A DNA stretch of 64,000 bases, taken from NCBI GenBank assembly GCA_965228875.1, contig OZ245843.1:4756616-4820615 (forward strand). The letters run 5' to 3'. The translations under genes were made by a program, and so were the position numbers. Each line of letters starts with the position of its first letter. Position 1 is the stretch's first letter. Shown here in pieces: positions 1 through 9,722 of this stretch. This DNA comes from Thalassobaculaceae bacterium (GTDB lineage Bacteria > Pseudomonadota > Alphaproteobacteria > Thalassobaculales > Thalassobaculaceae). The notes under the pieces are model-generated. The model was not told where the DNA came from, ran no database searches, and saw nothing but the letters and a program-made list of their open reading frames with translations.

Positions 1-1027
1 CGCCGGCGTGACGACCCACTGGAAGGTCTACTGCCGCAACAAGAAGAGCGTGACGCTGAACTTCCGCCAGGAGGGGGCGATCGAGCTGTTTCTCGATCTT
101 GTCGATACCGCGCGGGTGCTGGTCGAGAATTTCAAACCCGGAACGCTGGAGAAGATGGGCATCGGTCCGGAGGTGCTGCTGAAGCGCAACCCGAACCTGA
201 TCGTCATCCGGATCTCCGGCTGGGGCCAGGACGGCATGTGGGCGCACAAGCCCGGCTTCGGATCCCTGGTCGAGGCGATGAGCGGGTTCGCCGCCATGAA
301 CGGCTTCGCCGACCGGCCGCCGGTGCTGCCGCCGCTGGCGCTGGCCGACATGATCGCCGGGCTCTACGGCGCGTTCTCGGCGATGGTGGCGATCCGCGAG
401 ATCGAGATGAAGAAGGGGCCGGGCCAGGTGATCGACCTGTCCCTGTTCGAGCCGATCCATTCCATGCTCGGCCCGATCGTCGCCAATTACGATCTGACCG
501 GCGAGGTGCCCGAGCGCACCGGGTCGCTCTCCAACCAGTCGGCGCCGCGCAACGTCTACCGCTGCAAGGACGGCAAGTACGTGGCGCTGAGCGCGTCGAT
601 GCAGGCCATGGCCCAGCGCCTCCTGCGGACCATCGGCCGCGAGGACCTGATCGACGACCCGCGCTTCCGCACCAACACCGACCGGGTGGCCAACCGTGAC
701 ATCCTCGACCCCATCGTCGGCGCCTTCATGGCCGAGCGGACCCAGGCGGAGAACCTCGCCATCTTCGAGGAGGCCGGGGTGACCGTCGGGGCCGTGCCGG
801 ATGTGGCCGAACTGGCTGACCATCCCTATCCGAAGGACCGGGAGGCCATCGTCTCCATGCCCGACGCCCAGACCGGCCGGCTGGCCATGCACAACGTGAT
901 TCCGCGCATGCACGGCACGCCGGCGCAGCTCCGCAGGCCGGCGCCGGAACTCGGTGAGCATAACGAGGAGATCTGGCATGCGCTGGGTCACGATGCCGAC
1001 GCCCTGACCGAGAAAGGACTGATCTGA
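1..1027 (+). CDS. CaiB/BaiF family III CoA-transferase (5' truncated by window edge)
   Basis: RNKKSVTLN, ENFKPG, ISGWGQDG motifs and RPAPELGEH C-terminus. Confidence 0.9.
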   Translation, partial: AGVTTHWKVYCRNKKSVTLNFRQEGAIELFLDLVDTARVLVENFKPGTLEKMGIGPEVLLKRNPNLIVIRISGWGQDGMWAHKPGFGSLVEAMSGFAAMNGFADRPPVLPPLALADMIAGLYGAFSAMVAIREIEMKKGPGQVIDLSLFEPIHSMLGPIVANYDLTGEVPERTGSLSNQSAPRNVYRCKDGKYVALSASMQAMAQRLLRTIGREDLIDDPRFRTNTDRVANRDILDPIVGAFMAERTQAENLAIFEEAGVTVGAVPDVAELADHPYPKDREAIVSMPDAQTGRLAMHNVIPRMHGTPAQLRRPAPELGEHNEEIWHALGHDADALTEKGLI

Positions 1028-1926
1028 TGACCGGCGCTCCCTCCGCCCGGCCCGCCCCGCTCTGGCGTTCCCTGCTCTACGTGCCGGCCAACGCCGAGCG
1101 TTTCGTCGCCAAGGCGGTGCAGCGCGGGGCCGACGTGGTGATCCTGGATGTCGAGGACTCGATCCCGCCGGACCGCAAAGCCGAGGCCCGGACGGCGCTG
1201 CCGGGCGCCATCGCCACGGTCGCCGGCGCGAAGGCCTGCGAGGTCATGGTGCGCATCAACCGCCCGTGGCGCCTGGCCATCGCCGATCTCGAGGCGGCGG
1301 TGATCCCCGGTCTCGACGCGCTCTGCCTGCCCAAGGTGGACGGCGCCGACCATATCCGCGCCATCGACGAGGTGGTGGGCGAACTGGAGGCCGAGCGCGG
1401 CCTGCCCGCCGGCCATGTGCGCTATGCGGTCCTGGTCGAGACGGCCAAGGGCGTGCACGAGGCCCGCGCGATCGCCAAGGCCAGTCCGCGGGTGGCGGCA
1501 ATCACCTTGGGGGGCGAGGACATGGCGGCCGATCTCGGCCTGCCGGAGCCGGACCCGGCGGTGCTGGATCCCTACGACGCCCTGGTGCGGCTGGCGGCGC
1601 GGGAGGCGGGGATCATCCCGCTCGGCTATCCCGGCTCCATCGCCGAGTTCACCGACCTCGACGCCTTCCGGCGCGGGGCGGAGCAGGGGCGGCGCAACGG
1701 CTCGGAGGGCGGCATGGGCATCCATCCGGCGCAGATTCCGGTGCTCAACGCCGCCTTCACCCCGAGCGCGCAGGAGGTGGCCGACGCCGAGGGCCTCCTC
1801 GCCGCCTTCCGCGACGCGCTGGAACAGGGGCTGGGCGCTGTCGCCTACAAGGGCAAGATGATCGACAAGCCCATCGTCGACCGCGCAGAACGGATCGTCA
1901 GCATCGCGCGTCGGACCAGGCGGTAG
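1027..1926 (+). CDS. CitE/HpcH family CoA-ester lyase
   Basis: RSLLYVPA, DVVILDVEDS, VRIN, GKMIDKP; start overlaps the upstream stop (TGATG). Confidence 0.9.
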   Translation: MTGAPSARPAPLWRSLLYVPANAERFVAKAVQRGADVVILDVEDSIPPDRKAEARTALPGAIATVAGAKACEVMVRINRPWRLAIADLEAAVIPGLDALCLPKVDGADHIRAIDEVVGELEAERGLPAGHVRYAVLVETAKGVHEARAIAKASPRVAAITLGGEDMAADLGLPEPDPAVLDPYDALVRLAAREAGIIPLGYPGSIAEFTDLDAFRRGAEQGRRNGSEGGMGIHPAQIPVLNAAFTPSAQEVADAEGLLAAFRDALEQGLGAVAYKGKMIDKPIVDRAERIVSIARRTRR

Positions 1927-1972
1927 AGCACATCACGATCGGATGTCTGTGTCTGATCGTGATGTGTTCCAG
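1924..1972. repeat. Palindromic intergenic element, copy 1 (CACGATCrGAyG...TGATCGTG core)
   Basis: tagagcacatcacgatcgga / tctgatcgtgatgtgttcca inverted arms; begins at the TAG stop of the upstream gene. Confidence 0.8.
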
Positions 1973-2008
1973 CTCGCCGGGGCGTCGCGCGCCCATCGGG
2001 TCGGGTGG

Positions 2009-2037
2009 TTGCCTGTCTGTACCGGACCGCATAGCGT
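2009..2037 (+). promoter_or_regulatory. Putative sigma70 promoter for the leader/MFS unit
   Basis: TTGCCT-N17-TAGCGT. Confidence 0.55.
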
Positions 2038-2056
2038 GTGAGGGAGGAGTTCCGAG

Positions 2057-2107
2057 ATGACCCGCATCCACATCGACGTCGTAGGCGACAGGCGCATGGT
2101 CCCGTAG
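2057..2107 (+). CDS. Putative attenuator leader peptide MTRIHIDVVGDRRMVP
   Basis: Strong SD GGAGGAG just before the ATG; 16 codons then TAG; lies directly upstream of terminator/antiterminator stems. Confidence 0.65.
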   Translation: MTRIHIDVVGDRRMVP

Positions 2108-2132
2108 CGGAAACCAGCTCCGTCTGCCATGC

Positions 2133-2166
2133 GCCCCCGATCCCCCGGTCGGGGGCTTTTTCGTTT
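2133..2166 (+). terminator. Intrinsic terminator in the 5' leader of the MFS gene
   Basis: GCCCCCGATC-cccc-GGTCGGGGGC followed by TTTTTCGTTT, about 20 nt before the MFS ATG. Confidence 0.85.
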
Positions 2167-2186
2167 CTGGAAGGCTCGACCATCCC

Positions 2187-3386
2187 ATGCCCAAGCCCAG
2201 TTCTCCACCCGCCTTCGCGACCCTGATCCTGCTCGCGGCGGCATCGATGATGACGATGAGCCTGATCGTGCCGTCGCTGGCGAACATCGCCCGTGACCTT
2301 GAGACCGACTACGCGGTGATCAGCCTCGCGGTCGGCGGGTATCTCGCCTTGACGGCACCGGTACAGCTCGGCGTCGGGCCGCTGGCCGATCGGATCGGGC
2401 GACGCCCCGTCATCCTGGTGTCCCTGGCGGTCTTCACGGTCGCATCCCTCGCCGCCGCGACGGCGCAGGACCCCACCACGTTGCTGGTCTTCCGCATGCT
2501 GCAGGCCAGTGTGATCGTCGGCTCCGTCCTGCCGCTGGCGATTGTGCGCGACACCAGCGACGGGGCGGAGGTTCCGCGCCTGCTCAGCCGGATCAGCGTG
2601 GCGGTCGCGCTTGCTCCGATGCTGGGGCCGATGGTCGGCAGCCTGCTCGACACCCTGTTCGGCTGGCGCATGGGTTTTCTGTTTCTGGGCGCTATTGGGG
2701 CCGGGATGTTCCTTCTGTGCTGGTTCGACCTGGGAGAGACCCTGCCGGAACGTCCGACCGGGCACGCGGTCCAACCGGAAACACTGCCGGCCCTCCTTCG
2801 TGAGCCGCTGTTCTGGAGTTATGCCTGCTGCACGGCATTCTCGACTGGCGCGTTCTTCGTCTTTCTGGCGGGAGCACCGCTGATCGCCACGGCGGTATTC
2901 GATGTCCCGACCGCCGAGCTTGGGATCTATGTCGGCAGCATCACGATCGGTTTCATCATCGGGAGCTATCTCGCGGGGCGGCTCGGCCGGCACCTGTCGT
3001 CGATCACCGTGATCGTGATCGGCCGCGTGGCTGCGTGCGGCGGGTTGCTGGTCGGGCTGGCGATCCTTGCGTCGGGGCTCGTGCTGCCGCTGCTCTGTTT
3101 CGGTTCGACGATCTTCGTCGGCCTCGGCAACGGCCTGACTATGCCGAACAGCAATGCCGGTGTCCTGTCGGTGCGGCCGCGTCTGGCCGGGAGTGCCGCC
3201 GGCATTTCGGGAGCGATGAACCTGACCGGCGGGGCGCTGATCACGACGGCGACGGGTTTCGTCCTGGCCGATCACCCGGCGCCGAGCGTGCTGCTGATCC
3301 TGATGCTGTGCGCATCCTTTGCCGGACTTCTTGCGATCCTCGCGGCCGCGCATTTCGAGCGGCGGCGGCCGAGCGACGGGGTTTAG
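2187..3386 (+). CDS. Bcr/CflA family multidrug efflux MFS transporter
   Basis: GPLADRIGRRPV (motif A), APMLGPMVG (motif C), about 12 hydrophobic segments. Confidence 0.9.
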   Translation: MPKPSSPPAFATLILLAAASMMTMSLIVPSLANIARDLETDYAVISLAVGGYLALTAPVQLGVGPLADRIGRRPVILVSLAVFTVASLAAATAQDPTTLLVFRMLQASVIVGSVLPLAIVRDTSDGAEVPRLLSRISVAVALAPMLGPMVGSLLDTLFGWRMGFLFLGAIGAGMFLLCWFDLGETLPERPTGHAVQPETLPALLREPLFWSYACCTAFSTGAFFVFLAGAPLIATAVFDVPTAELGIYVGSITIGFIIGSYLAGRLGRHLSSITVIVIGRVAACGGLLVGLAILASGLVLPLLCFGSTIFVGLGNGLTMPNSNAGVLSVRPRLAGSAAGISGAMNLTGGALITTATGFVLADHPAPSVLLILMLCASFAGLLAILAAAHFERRRPSDGV

Positions 3387-3413
3387 AGGGCCATCAAAAG
3401 CAGGGCAAATTCA

Positions 3414-3452
3414 CACGATCAGATGTTTCCATCTGATCGTGATTTTCTCTAG
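3414..3452. repeat. Palindromic intergenic element, copy 2
   Basis: cacgatcagatg-tttc-catctgatcgtg then attttctctag, which contains the btaB stop. Confidence 0.8.
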
Positions 3453-4141
3453 GCCGGAACCGTCAGGTCCGCCCGGAAGGCGTAGCCGCGGAAGATCGGC
3501 CGGATGTCGACCTCGGCCCGTCCCGAAGCTTTCAGCTCCCGCAGATAACCGATCAGTTCAGGGCGCACGTGGACGCCGAACAGGTCGAGCCAGCGGAACA
3601 GCACCCGGCGGAACCAGGCCGGCAGGCCCTCCTGCTCGCCGAAATCGACGATATGCACCTGTCCGCCTGGCTTGAGCGAGGCCAGGGCATGCTCGATCGC
3701 CTCCCGCCATGGCGGAATCATCGACAGGGAGTAGGAGAACACGATCCGGTCCAGAGGCTCCTCCAGGCCGAAATCGGCGCGCGGGTCGAAACGCTCGGCG
3801 AAGCCGTGGACCAGCGGGATTGTCTCCGCGCGGCCGTCGCGCGCGATCTTGGCCCGGGCCGAGCGCAGCATTTCGGTCGAGGCGTCGAGCCCCATCAGCC
3901 TGGCCTCGGGATAGCGCCGGGCGATGAGCGCAAGGTTGCGCCCGGTGCCGCAGCCGATCTCGCAGGCGGTCTCGCCCGGCTGCAGCTTCAGCTCTTCGAT
4001 CAGGTGGTCGCGGCCCAGCAGGTAGTAGCACCGGCTCAGGTCGTAGATATGACGCTGCAACCGGTACATGTCGTCCATACGACGATGGACGACGGCGGTA
4101 TCGGCGTGCCCGGCAGGCTGGTCGCGGACGTCGTCCGCCAT
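3449..4141 (-). CDS. btaB: BtaB, SAM-dependent N-methyltransferase of betaine lipid (DGTS) synthesis
   Basis: MDDMYRLQRHIYD...YYLLGRD, EIGCGTGRN, FSYSLSMIPPW; directly downstream of btaA. Confidence 0.88.
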   Translation of the reverse strand: MADDVRDQPAGHADTAVVHRRMDDMYRLQRHIYDLSRCYYLLGRDHLIEELKLQPGETACEIGCGTGRNLALIARRYPEARLMGLDASTEMLRSARAKIARDGRAETIPLVHGFAERFDPRADFGLEEPLDRIVFSYSLSMIPPWREAIEHALASLKPGGQVHIVDFGEQEGLPAWFRRVLFRWLDLFGVHVRPELIGYLRELKASGRAEVDIRPIFRGYAFRADLTVPA

Positions 4142-4145
4142 GCGC

Positions 4146-5360
4146 TTAGTCCTTGAGGGTGTACAGGTGGAAGCCGCCGTAGATCGACGACCGGTCGGCG
4201 GCGGTATGGGCTCTGCTCTCCGCCTCGTGGTAGGCGAAGCGATCGAGCATCTCGTCGGGGATGCGGCCCGGCAGGATGCTGTCCTCGCCGGCGGTCCGGA
4301 AGATCACCCGGGTGCCCGGCTTGGCGGTGCGCAGGATCTCGCCCCACAGTTCGGTCAACTGCTCCGGCGTCATCCAGTCCTGGGCGTCGAGCAGCACGAA
4401 CCGGTCGAGCGAGTCGTCCGGCTGGGACTGCAGGTACGCCGTCACCGAGGTCTGCTTGAACTCGACCTGATCGAGCCTGTCGCGCAGGGCGTGATAGTGC
4501 TGCTCCTGCAGGTAGCGCGGCACGGCGACACGGTCGACCTTGTCGTAGCCGCGGCCGAAGGCCTGCCAGGCGAAATAATTGTCGGTGAACGGGAAGTCGC
4601 AGGCCAGCCGCTCCAGCCGGTCGCGCATCAGTCCGGCCATGTTTCCGCCGGAGGAGGCGGACAGTTCCTGGAACTGTGCCGGCGGGATGCCGAGGCCGAA
4701 ATAGCTCACCGGCAGGCGGCAGATCCCCTTCATGAGCCGGGTCTCGAAGATCGGCTCGATCAGTGTCTCGAACAGCCAGCGCTGCTCTTCCAGGTTCCGG
4801 GCGGTCAGCAGACGCTTGGGGTTCTTGCCGCTGAGCCGGGCGACCAGGTGCAGCAGGCCGATGAACCGGCCGAGGACGCCGTGCTTGTAGATGTTGCGGG
4901 CGAACAGGTTGATCCGGCGGCCCGTCAGGCCGCGGCGCATCCAGTAGGCGTGGGTGTCTGGGTCAAGGTGCTGGCGCAGGTGCTTGTGGAAGGCGCGCAC
5001 GTTGCCCTTCTCGTCGGCGTAGCCGAACAGGCGGAAGAACGACTCGTAGCTCGGCAGATGGCGCAGCGCCGCGACCTTGAGGTGGCACAGAGCGATGTGG
5101 TGCGGGTTCAGATCGACCGCCGTCACCTTCTCCGGCGACTCGGTCAGGTAGTTCAGGACGTTGCAGCCGCCGGAGGCGATCGTCAGGATTCGGCTTTCCG
5201 GTGTCAGGCAGAGCGCCTTGAGATCGACTTCCGGATCCTCCCAGATCTGGGGATAGACCAGACCGTGGAACATCAGGATGAACGCCCGATCGAGAACGCC
5301 TCGCTTGCTGAATCGTCGATGCGGAGCGACGGCATCCGACAGCAGGGGGTTCTTCTTCAT
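4146..5360 (-). CDS. btaA: BtaA, SAM:diacylglycerol 3-amino-3-carboxypropyltransferase (DUF3419)
   Basis: GLVYPQIWEDP, IASGGCN, NYFAWQAFGR, LLDAQDWM, DRSSIYGGF; GGAGG SD before the ATG at 5360. Confidence 0.92.
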   Translation of the reverse strand: MKKNPLLSDAVAPHRRFSKRGVLDRAFILMFHGLVYPQIWEDPEVDLKALCLTPESRILTIASGGCNVLNYLTESPEKVTAVDLNPHHIALCHLKVAALRHLPSYESFFRLFGYADEKGNVRAFHKHLRQHLDPDTHAYWMRRGLTGRRINLFARNIYKHGVLGRFIGLLHLVARLSGKNPKRLLTARNLEEQRWLFETLIEPIFETRLMKGICRLPVSYFGLGIPPAQFQELSASSGGNMAGLMRDRLERLACDFPFTDNYFAWQAFGRGYDKVDRVAVPRYLQEQHYHALRDRLDQVEFKQTSVTAYLQSQPDDSLDRFVLLDAQDWMTPEQLTELWGEILRTAKPGTRVIFRTAGEDSILPGRIPDEMLDRFAYHEAESRAHTAADRSSIYGGFHLYTLKD

Positions 5361-5487
5361 CGCTTGTGCCTCCAAGGGACCGGGGGGCCACTCTAGCCGA
5401 CGCGCCCGCACGCCGTGTCCACTGATTTGCAGCTTCATCAAAGTTTAACGCTGGTCGACGTCGACCGGTAATTCTCGGGCCGCCCTG

Positions 5488-5874
5488 CTACTTGTTGGCG
5501 GCCTTCGCCGCCTCGGCCTTGTCCGCGGCGGCGTCGTCGACCGGATAGTACCCTATCCTGAGCGCGAATCGATTGCGGATCGACTCCAGCACCTTCTCGC
5601 TGTCCCTCGGCATCGGGATCTTCCGGTCGAGGGCGAACAGCAGGAGGGCGCCGACGATCTCCTGCGGTTCGAACTTCAGCTGCACCTCGGCGCCGCTGTC
5701 GGGCAGCAGGCGGAGCAGCCCCCGGGGCGGCTCCTCGCCCTCGATCCCGCCCACGGGCTCGGCCCCGACCACGGTCGCCACCGGGAGCTTGCGGCCACTC
5801 TTCTGGCAGAACTTCACGAGCGCCTGAGCGGCCTCGTGGGGCGAGAAGACGATGAACCTGAATTCAGCCGGCAT
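5488..5874 (-). CDS. Hypothetical protein (128 aa)
   Basis: Clean ORF with normal high-GC codon usage filling the gap. Confidence 0.7.
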   Translation of the reverse strand: MPAEFRFIVFSPHEAAQALVKFCQKSGRKLPVATVVGAEPVGGIEGEEPPRGLLRLLPDSGAEVQLKFEPQEIVGALLLFALDRKIPMPRDSEKVLESIRNRFALRIGYYPVDDAAADKAEAAKAANK

Positions 5875-6101
5875 CGGGGCGCTCGTTGTGCGGAAGGGGC
5901 GAGGGAAAGTGTATCAGGTCTTCCGCCGGCGCGACCATCGTGCCGGTGGACGGGCCGGTGGGAGGGGCCGGCGAACAGGCCGGCAAACAGGCCAGCGGAC
6001 AAGTCGGCGGTCGCCGGATCGACACCCGCATTGCCGCGCCCCCGGCCGATGGGCTAGAACCGCCGCCAAGATCGTCCACGTCTGTCGAGGGACCGCGCCG
6101 A

Positions 6102-7784
6102 ATGGCCTCCTATCAGTACATCTACGTCATGAACGGGCTCTCCAAGGTCTATCCCGGAGGGCGAGAGGTTCTGAAGGACATCCGCCTGTCCTTCCTGCCG
6201 GGCGCCAAGATCGGCGTGCTCGGCGTCAACGGCGCCGGTAAGTCGACCCTGCTGAAGATCATGGCCGGCGTCGACACCGAGTATCAGGGCGAGGCCTGGG
6301 CCGCCGATGGGGTGAAGGTCGGCTATCTGGCGCAGGAGCCGCAGCTCGACACCGACACCGACGTTCAGGGCAACGTCATGCGCGGCCTCGGCCCGATCAA
6401 GGATCTGGTCGACAAGTTCAACGAGGTCTCGATGCGCTTCGGCGAGGAGATGACCGACGACGAGATGAACGCGCTCCTGGCCGAGCAGGCCGAGCTGCAG
6501 GAACAGATCGACGCGGCCGACGCCTGGGACCTGGACCGCAAGGTCGAGATCGCCATGGACGCGCTGCGCTGCCCGCCGGGCGATGCGGATGTGTCCATGC
6601 TGTCCGGCGGCGAACGGCGCCGAGTGGCGCTGGCCCGCCTGCTTCTGTCGCAGCCGGACCTGCTGCTGCTCGACGAGCCGACGAACCACCTGGACGCGGA
6701 ATCGGTGGCGTGGCTGCAGCGGACGTTGGCCGACTATGCCGGCACGGTGGTGACCGTCACCCATGACCGCTACTTCCTCGACGAGGTCGCCGGCTGGATT
6801 CTCGAGCTCGATCGCGGCCGCGGCATTCCCTACGAGGGCAACTACTCCGGCTGGCTGGTGCAGAAGCAGAAGCGCCTGGAGCAGGAGGGGCGCCAGGAGG
6901 CGGCGCGCATGCGCACCCTCAACAACGAGCTGGAATGGATCCAGCAGAGCCCGCGCGCCCGCCAGGCCAAGTCCAAGGCGCGTATCCAGGCCTACGAGGA
7001 GCTGCTGGCGCAGAACCGGGAGAAGGCGCCCGACACCGCGCAGATCGTCATTCCGCCGGGGCCGCGCCTCGGCGACGTGGTGATCGAGGCCGAAGGCCTG
7101 ACCAAGGCGTTCGGCGACCGGCTGCTGATCGAGGATCTGAGCTTCAAGCTGCCGCCGGGCGGTATCGTCGGGGTGATCGGACCGAACGGGGCGGGCAAGA
7201 CCACCCTGTTCCGCATGATCACCCAGCAGGAGACCCCGGACGACGGTTCCATCCGCATCGGCGACACCGTCACGCTCGGCTATGTCGATCAGAGCCGCGA
7301 CAGCCTCGACGCGAACAAGACGGTCTGGGAGGAGGTCTCCGACGGGCTCGACGAGATCGATCTGGGCCGGCGCAAGATGCAGAGCCGGGCCTATTGCGGG
7401 CAGTTCAATTTCCGCGGCGGCGACCAGCAGAAGAAGGTCGGTCAGCTCTCCGGCGGTGAACGCAATCGCGTGCACCTTGCCAAGATGCTCAAGTCCGGCG
7501 TCAACGTGCTGATGCTCGACGAGCCGACCAACGACCTCGACGTCGATACGCTGCGCGCGTTGGAGGAGGGGCTGCTGGATTTCGCCGGGTGCGCCGTGGT
7601 CATCAGCCACGACCGCTGGTTCCTGGATCGCATCGCCACCCATATCCTCGCCTTCGAGGGCGACAGCCATGTGGAATGGTTCGAGGGCAATTTCGAGGCC
7701 TACGAGGCCGACAAGAAGCGTCGCCTCGGCGACGAGGCCGACCAGCCCCACCGCATCCGCTACAAGCCGGTGGTGCGGGCGTAG
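6102..7784 (+). CDS. ettA: Energy-dependent translational throttle ABC-F protein EttA
   Basis: [10 protein letters not shown] start, two ABC domains ([16 protein letters not shown]), [19 protein letters not shown] end. Confidence 0.95.
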   Translation: MASYQYIYVMNGLSKVYPGGREVLKDIRLSFLPGAKIGVLGVNGAGKSTLLKIMAGVDTEYQGEAWAADGVKVGYLAQEPQLDTDTDVQGNVMRGLGPIKDLVDKFNEVSMRFGEEMTDDEMNALLAEQAELQEQIDAADAWDLDRKVEIAMDALRCPPGDADVSMLSGGERRRVALARLLLSQPDLLLLDEPTNHLDAESVAWLQRTLADYAGTVVTVTHDRYFLDEVAGWILELDRGRGIPYEGNYSGWLVQKQKRLEQEGRQEAARMRTLNNELEWIQQSPRARQAKSKARIQAYEELLAQNREKAPDTAQIVIPPGPRLGDVVIEAEGLTKAFGDRLLIEDLSFKLPPGGIVGVIGPNGAGKTTLFRMITQQETPDDGSIRIGDTVTLGYVDQSRDSLDANKTVWEEVSDGLDEIDLGRRKMQSRAYCGQFNFRGGDQQKKVGQLSGGERNRVHLAKMLKSGVNVLMLDEPTNDLDVDTLRALEEGLLDFAGCAVVISHDRWFLDRIATHILAFEGDSHVEWFEGNFEAYEADKKRRLGDEADQPHRIRYKPVVRA

Positions 7785-7814
7785 TCGCGCCGACCGTCGA
7801 TACCGGTTTTCAGC

Positions 7815-7849
7815 AAGCGGGCGGGCCTTCGGGTCCGCCCGTTTTTGTT
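7815..7849 (+). terminator. Intrinsic terminator after ettA
   Basis: AAGCGGGCGGGCC-TTCG-GGTCCGCCCGTTT followed by a T tract. Confidence 0.85.
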
Positions 7850-8000
7850 CGGGGTCTGCCGATCCGAGCTCCGATCGCCGTGCGGGCCTGTCTTGCGCCG
7901 GAGAAACCCTGCGGCGGACCCCGGAATGAAGTCGGAGAGGGTATAACGAGCCAGGCCCGGCGCCTGGGCCGGCATCGTCATGGCGATGATGGAAGGACGG

Positions 8001-8612
8001 TCAGCCGTCGGAGGATTTCAGCCCGGCCATCTGCTTGGTCAGCGCCTCGATCAGCGCCGATACCTTGCCGCCGTTGCTCTGGATCACCGAGGCGTATTCC
8101 TGGCGCTGCGTGACGCTCATGCTCACGCCCTCGATCACGATGTCGATGATCCTGTACCGGCCGTCGGCTTCGATCAGACGCCATTCGAGGCGGATCGCGT
8201 TCGGGCTCGCCGGATCGACGATGCGGCTGGCGACGATGTCGAACCGGCCGTCCTCGCGCATGCCGTCGACCACGAGCTTCTGGCCGGTGTACTCGTTGAA
8301 CCGCCGGGCGTAGGTGTAGACGATGTTGTCGGTGAAGGCCTGGATGTAGGCGTCACGCTCCTCGTCGCTGGCGGTCCGCCAGTACCGTCCGAGGAGGAAC
8401 CGTCCGATCGCCGGCATATCGAAGTAGTCGTTCAGAAGGGCGCCGAACTTCGCGCGCCGCTCCTCGACCGGCAGGTCCTTCTTCGATGCAAGCTCGATCG
8501 CCTTGCCGGCGAATTCCTCGATGAAGGCACCGGGCTCCGGTTCGCCGCGGGCCTCCACAGCCGGTCCGGCGATCAGCAGAACGAGCAGCAACGCCCTCAG
8601 AAGATTGACCAT
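8001..8612 (-). CDS. mlaC: MlaC/Ttg2D periplasmic phospholipid-binding protein
   Basis: Signal peptide, FDMPAIGRFLLGRYWR, IIDIVIEGVSM..TQRQEY. Confidence 0.9.
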   Translation of the reverse strand: MVNLLRALLLVLLIAGPAVEARGEPEPGAFIEEFAGKAIELASKKDLPVEERRAKFGALLNDYFDMPAIGRFLLGRYWRTASDEERDAYIQAFTDNIVYTYARRFNEYTGQKLVVDGMREDGRFDIVASRIVDPASPNAIRLEWRLIEADGRYRIIDIVIEGVSMSVTQRQEYASVIQSNGGKVSALIEALTKQMAGLKSSDG

Positions 8613-8706
8613 TTACCGACCCCGCCTGTCACTCGAGTTTTCGCCAAATTGTCAGCGTTTCACTGGACGAACCGCCCGGACCGTCGTTGACGGCCCGCCC
8701 GCGGCT

Positions 8707-9513
8707 CTAGTCGGTCGAGCGGCTGCCGCTCTGCTCGATCGGTGCGTTTGTGGGCTGGAACTCCTCGAACTCACCGGAGGAGCCGCTTGTCGGGGCGACG
8801 ACGGACGGCGGCGTGCCATTCCGGATGAGCGCGTCGCGACGCTGCTTGTAGATCGTCCGCACGCGGGCGTAGTAGTCGACCGAGGTCGCCTTGAGGTCGT
8901 TGATCTGGTCGTAGTTCTCTGCCCGGAAATCGACCGCTCCGACGACCCTGCGGGCGATCTGCAAGCGGAAACGGGCGTCGTCGTCACCCTCGATGTAGTT
9001 GATCGGATCGAGGAAGTGGTCGGCGACGATCCCGGCCGTATCGCGCAGGTTCGACGGGCCGAGCAGGGGCAGCACGACGTACGGGCCGTCCTCCGCGCCC
9101 CAGACCGCGAGGGTCTGGCCGAAATCCTCGGGCCGACGCTCGAGGCCCAGACCCGTGGCGTTGTCGACCAGTCCGAACATCGGGGAATTGGCGACGAAGC
9201 GCGAGGCGTTGTGCTCCAGCCCCTCCAGGTCGCCCTGAAGCGCGCTGTTGGCGATGTAGACCGGAGAGCTCAGCCAGTCGAGGAAGTTGCGCACCACCTC
9301 GCGGATCGAGGATGGGACGACCTCCTTGTACACGAAGGCCGTCGGCTGCAGGACCATGGTGTCGACGGCATCGTTGAAGGCGAAGACCATGCGGTTCGCC
9401 GGCTCGATGGGGTCATAGACCTGACCCTCCTCGAGTTCGCCCTGCGACGCGCAGCCCGCGAGCAACAACAGCGCCAAAGAGGTTCCGATCGCTAGCCGAC
9501 GCATCGAAGGCAT
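8707..9513 (-). CDS. mlaA: MlaA/VacJ lipoprotein
   Basis: Lipobox LLAGC, DPIEPANR, EDFGQTL, GPYVVLPLLGPSNLRD. Confidence 0.92.
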   Translation of the reverse strand: MPSMRRLAIGTSLALLLLAGCASQGELEEGQVYDPIEPANRMVFAFNDAVDTMVLQPTAFVYKEVVPSSIREVVRNFLDWLSSPVYIANSALQGDLEGLEHNASRFVANSPMFGLVDNATGLGLERRPEDFGQTLAVWGAEDGPYVVLPLLGPSNLRDTAGIVADHFLDPINYIEGDDDARFRLQIARRVVGAVDFRAENYDQINDLKATSVDYYARVRTIYKQRRDALIRNGTPPSVVAPTSGSSGEFEEFQPTNAPIEQSGSRSTD

Positions 9514-9722
9514 GCCCTTTCAATCCGCGCGATGTCTGATTCGCGCCTGTAAACACTGCAAGCGAAACCGGTTCGTCCCTGTCGAACGCGACGCGACGGC
9601 ACCATGCAACGTTCAAGTCGAGTACCATAAGGTGGGAGAATTGACCAGTCCGCGGCCATGGTGGACGCTGGCTTGAGTGACGGTGTTGCAGAAATGTCGC
9701 GGTGGTCGCGGTGGCGTGTGCG

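Noticed and set aside
5886..6101. N-terminal extension of EttA
   Set aside because: Conserved EttA begins at MASYQY (6102); the extension is low-complexity intergenic repeat
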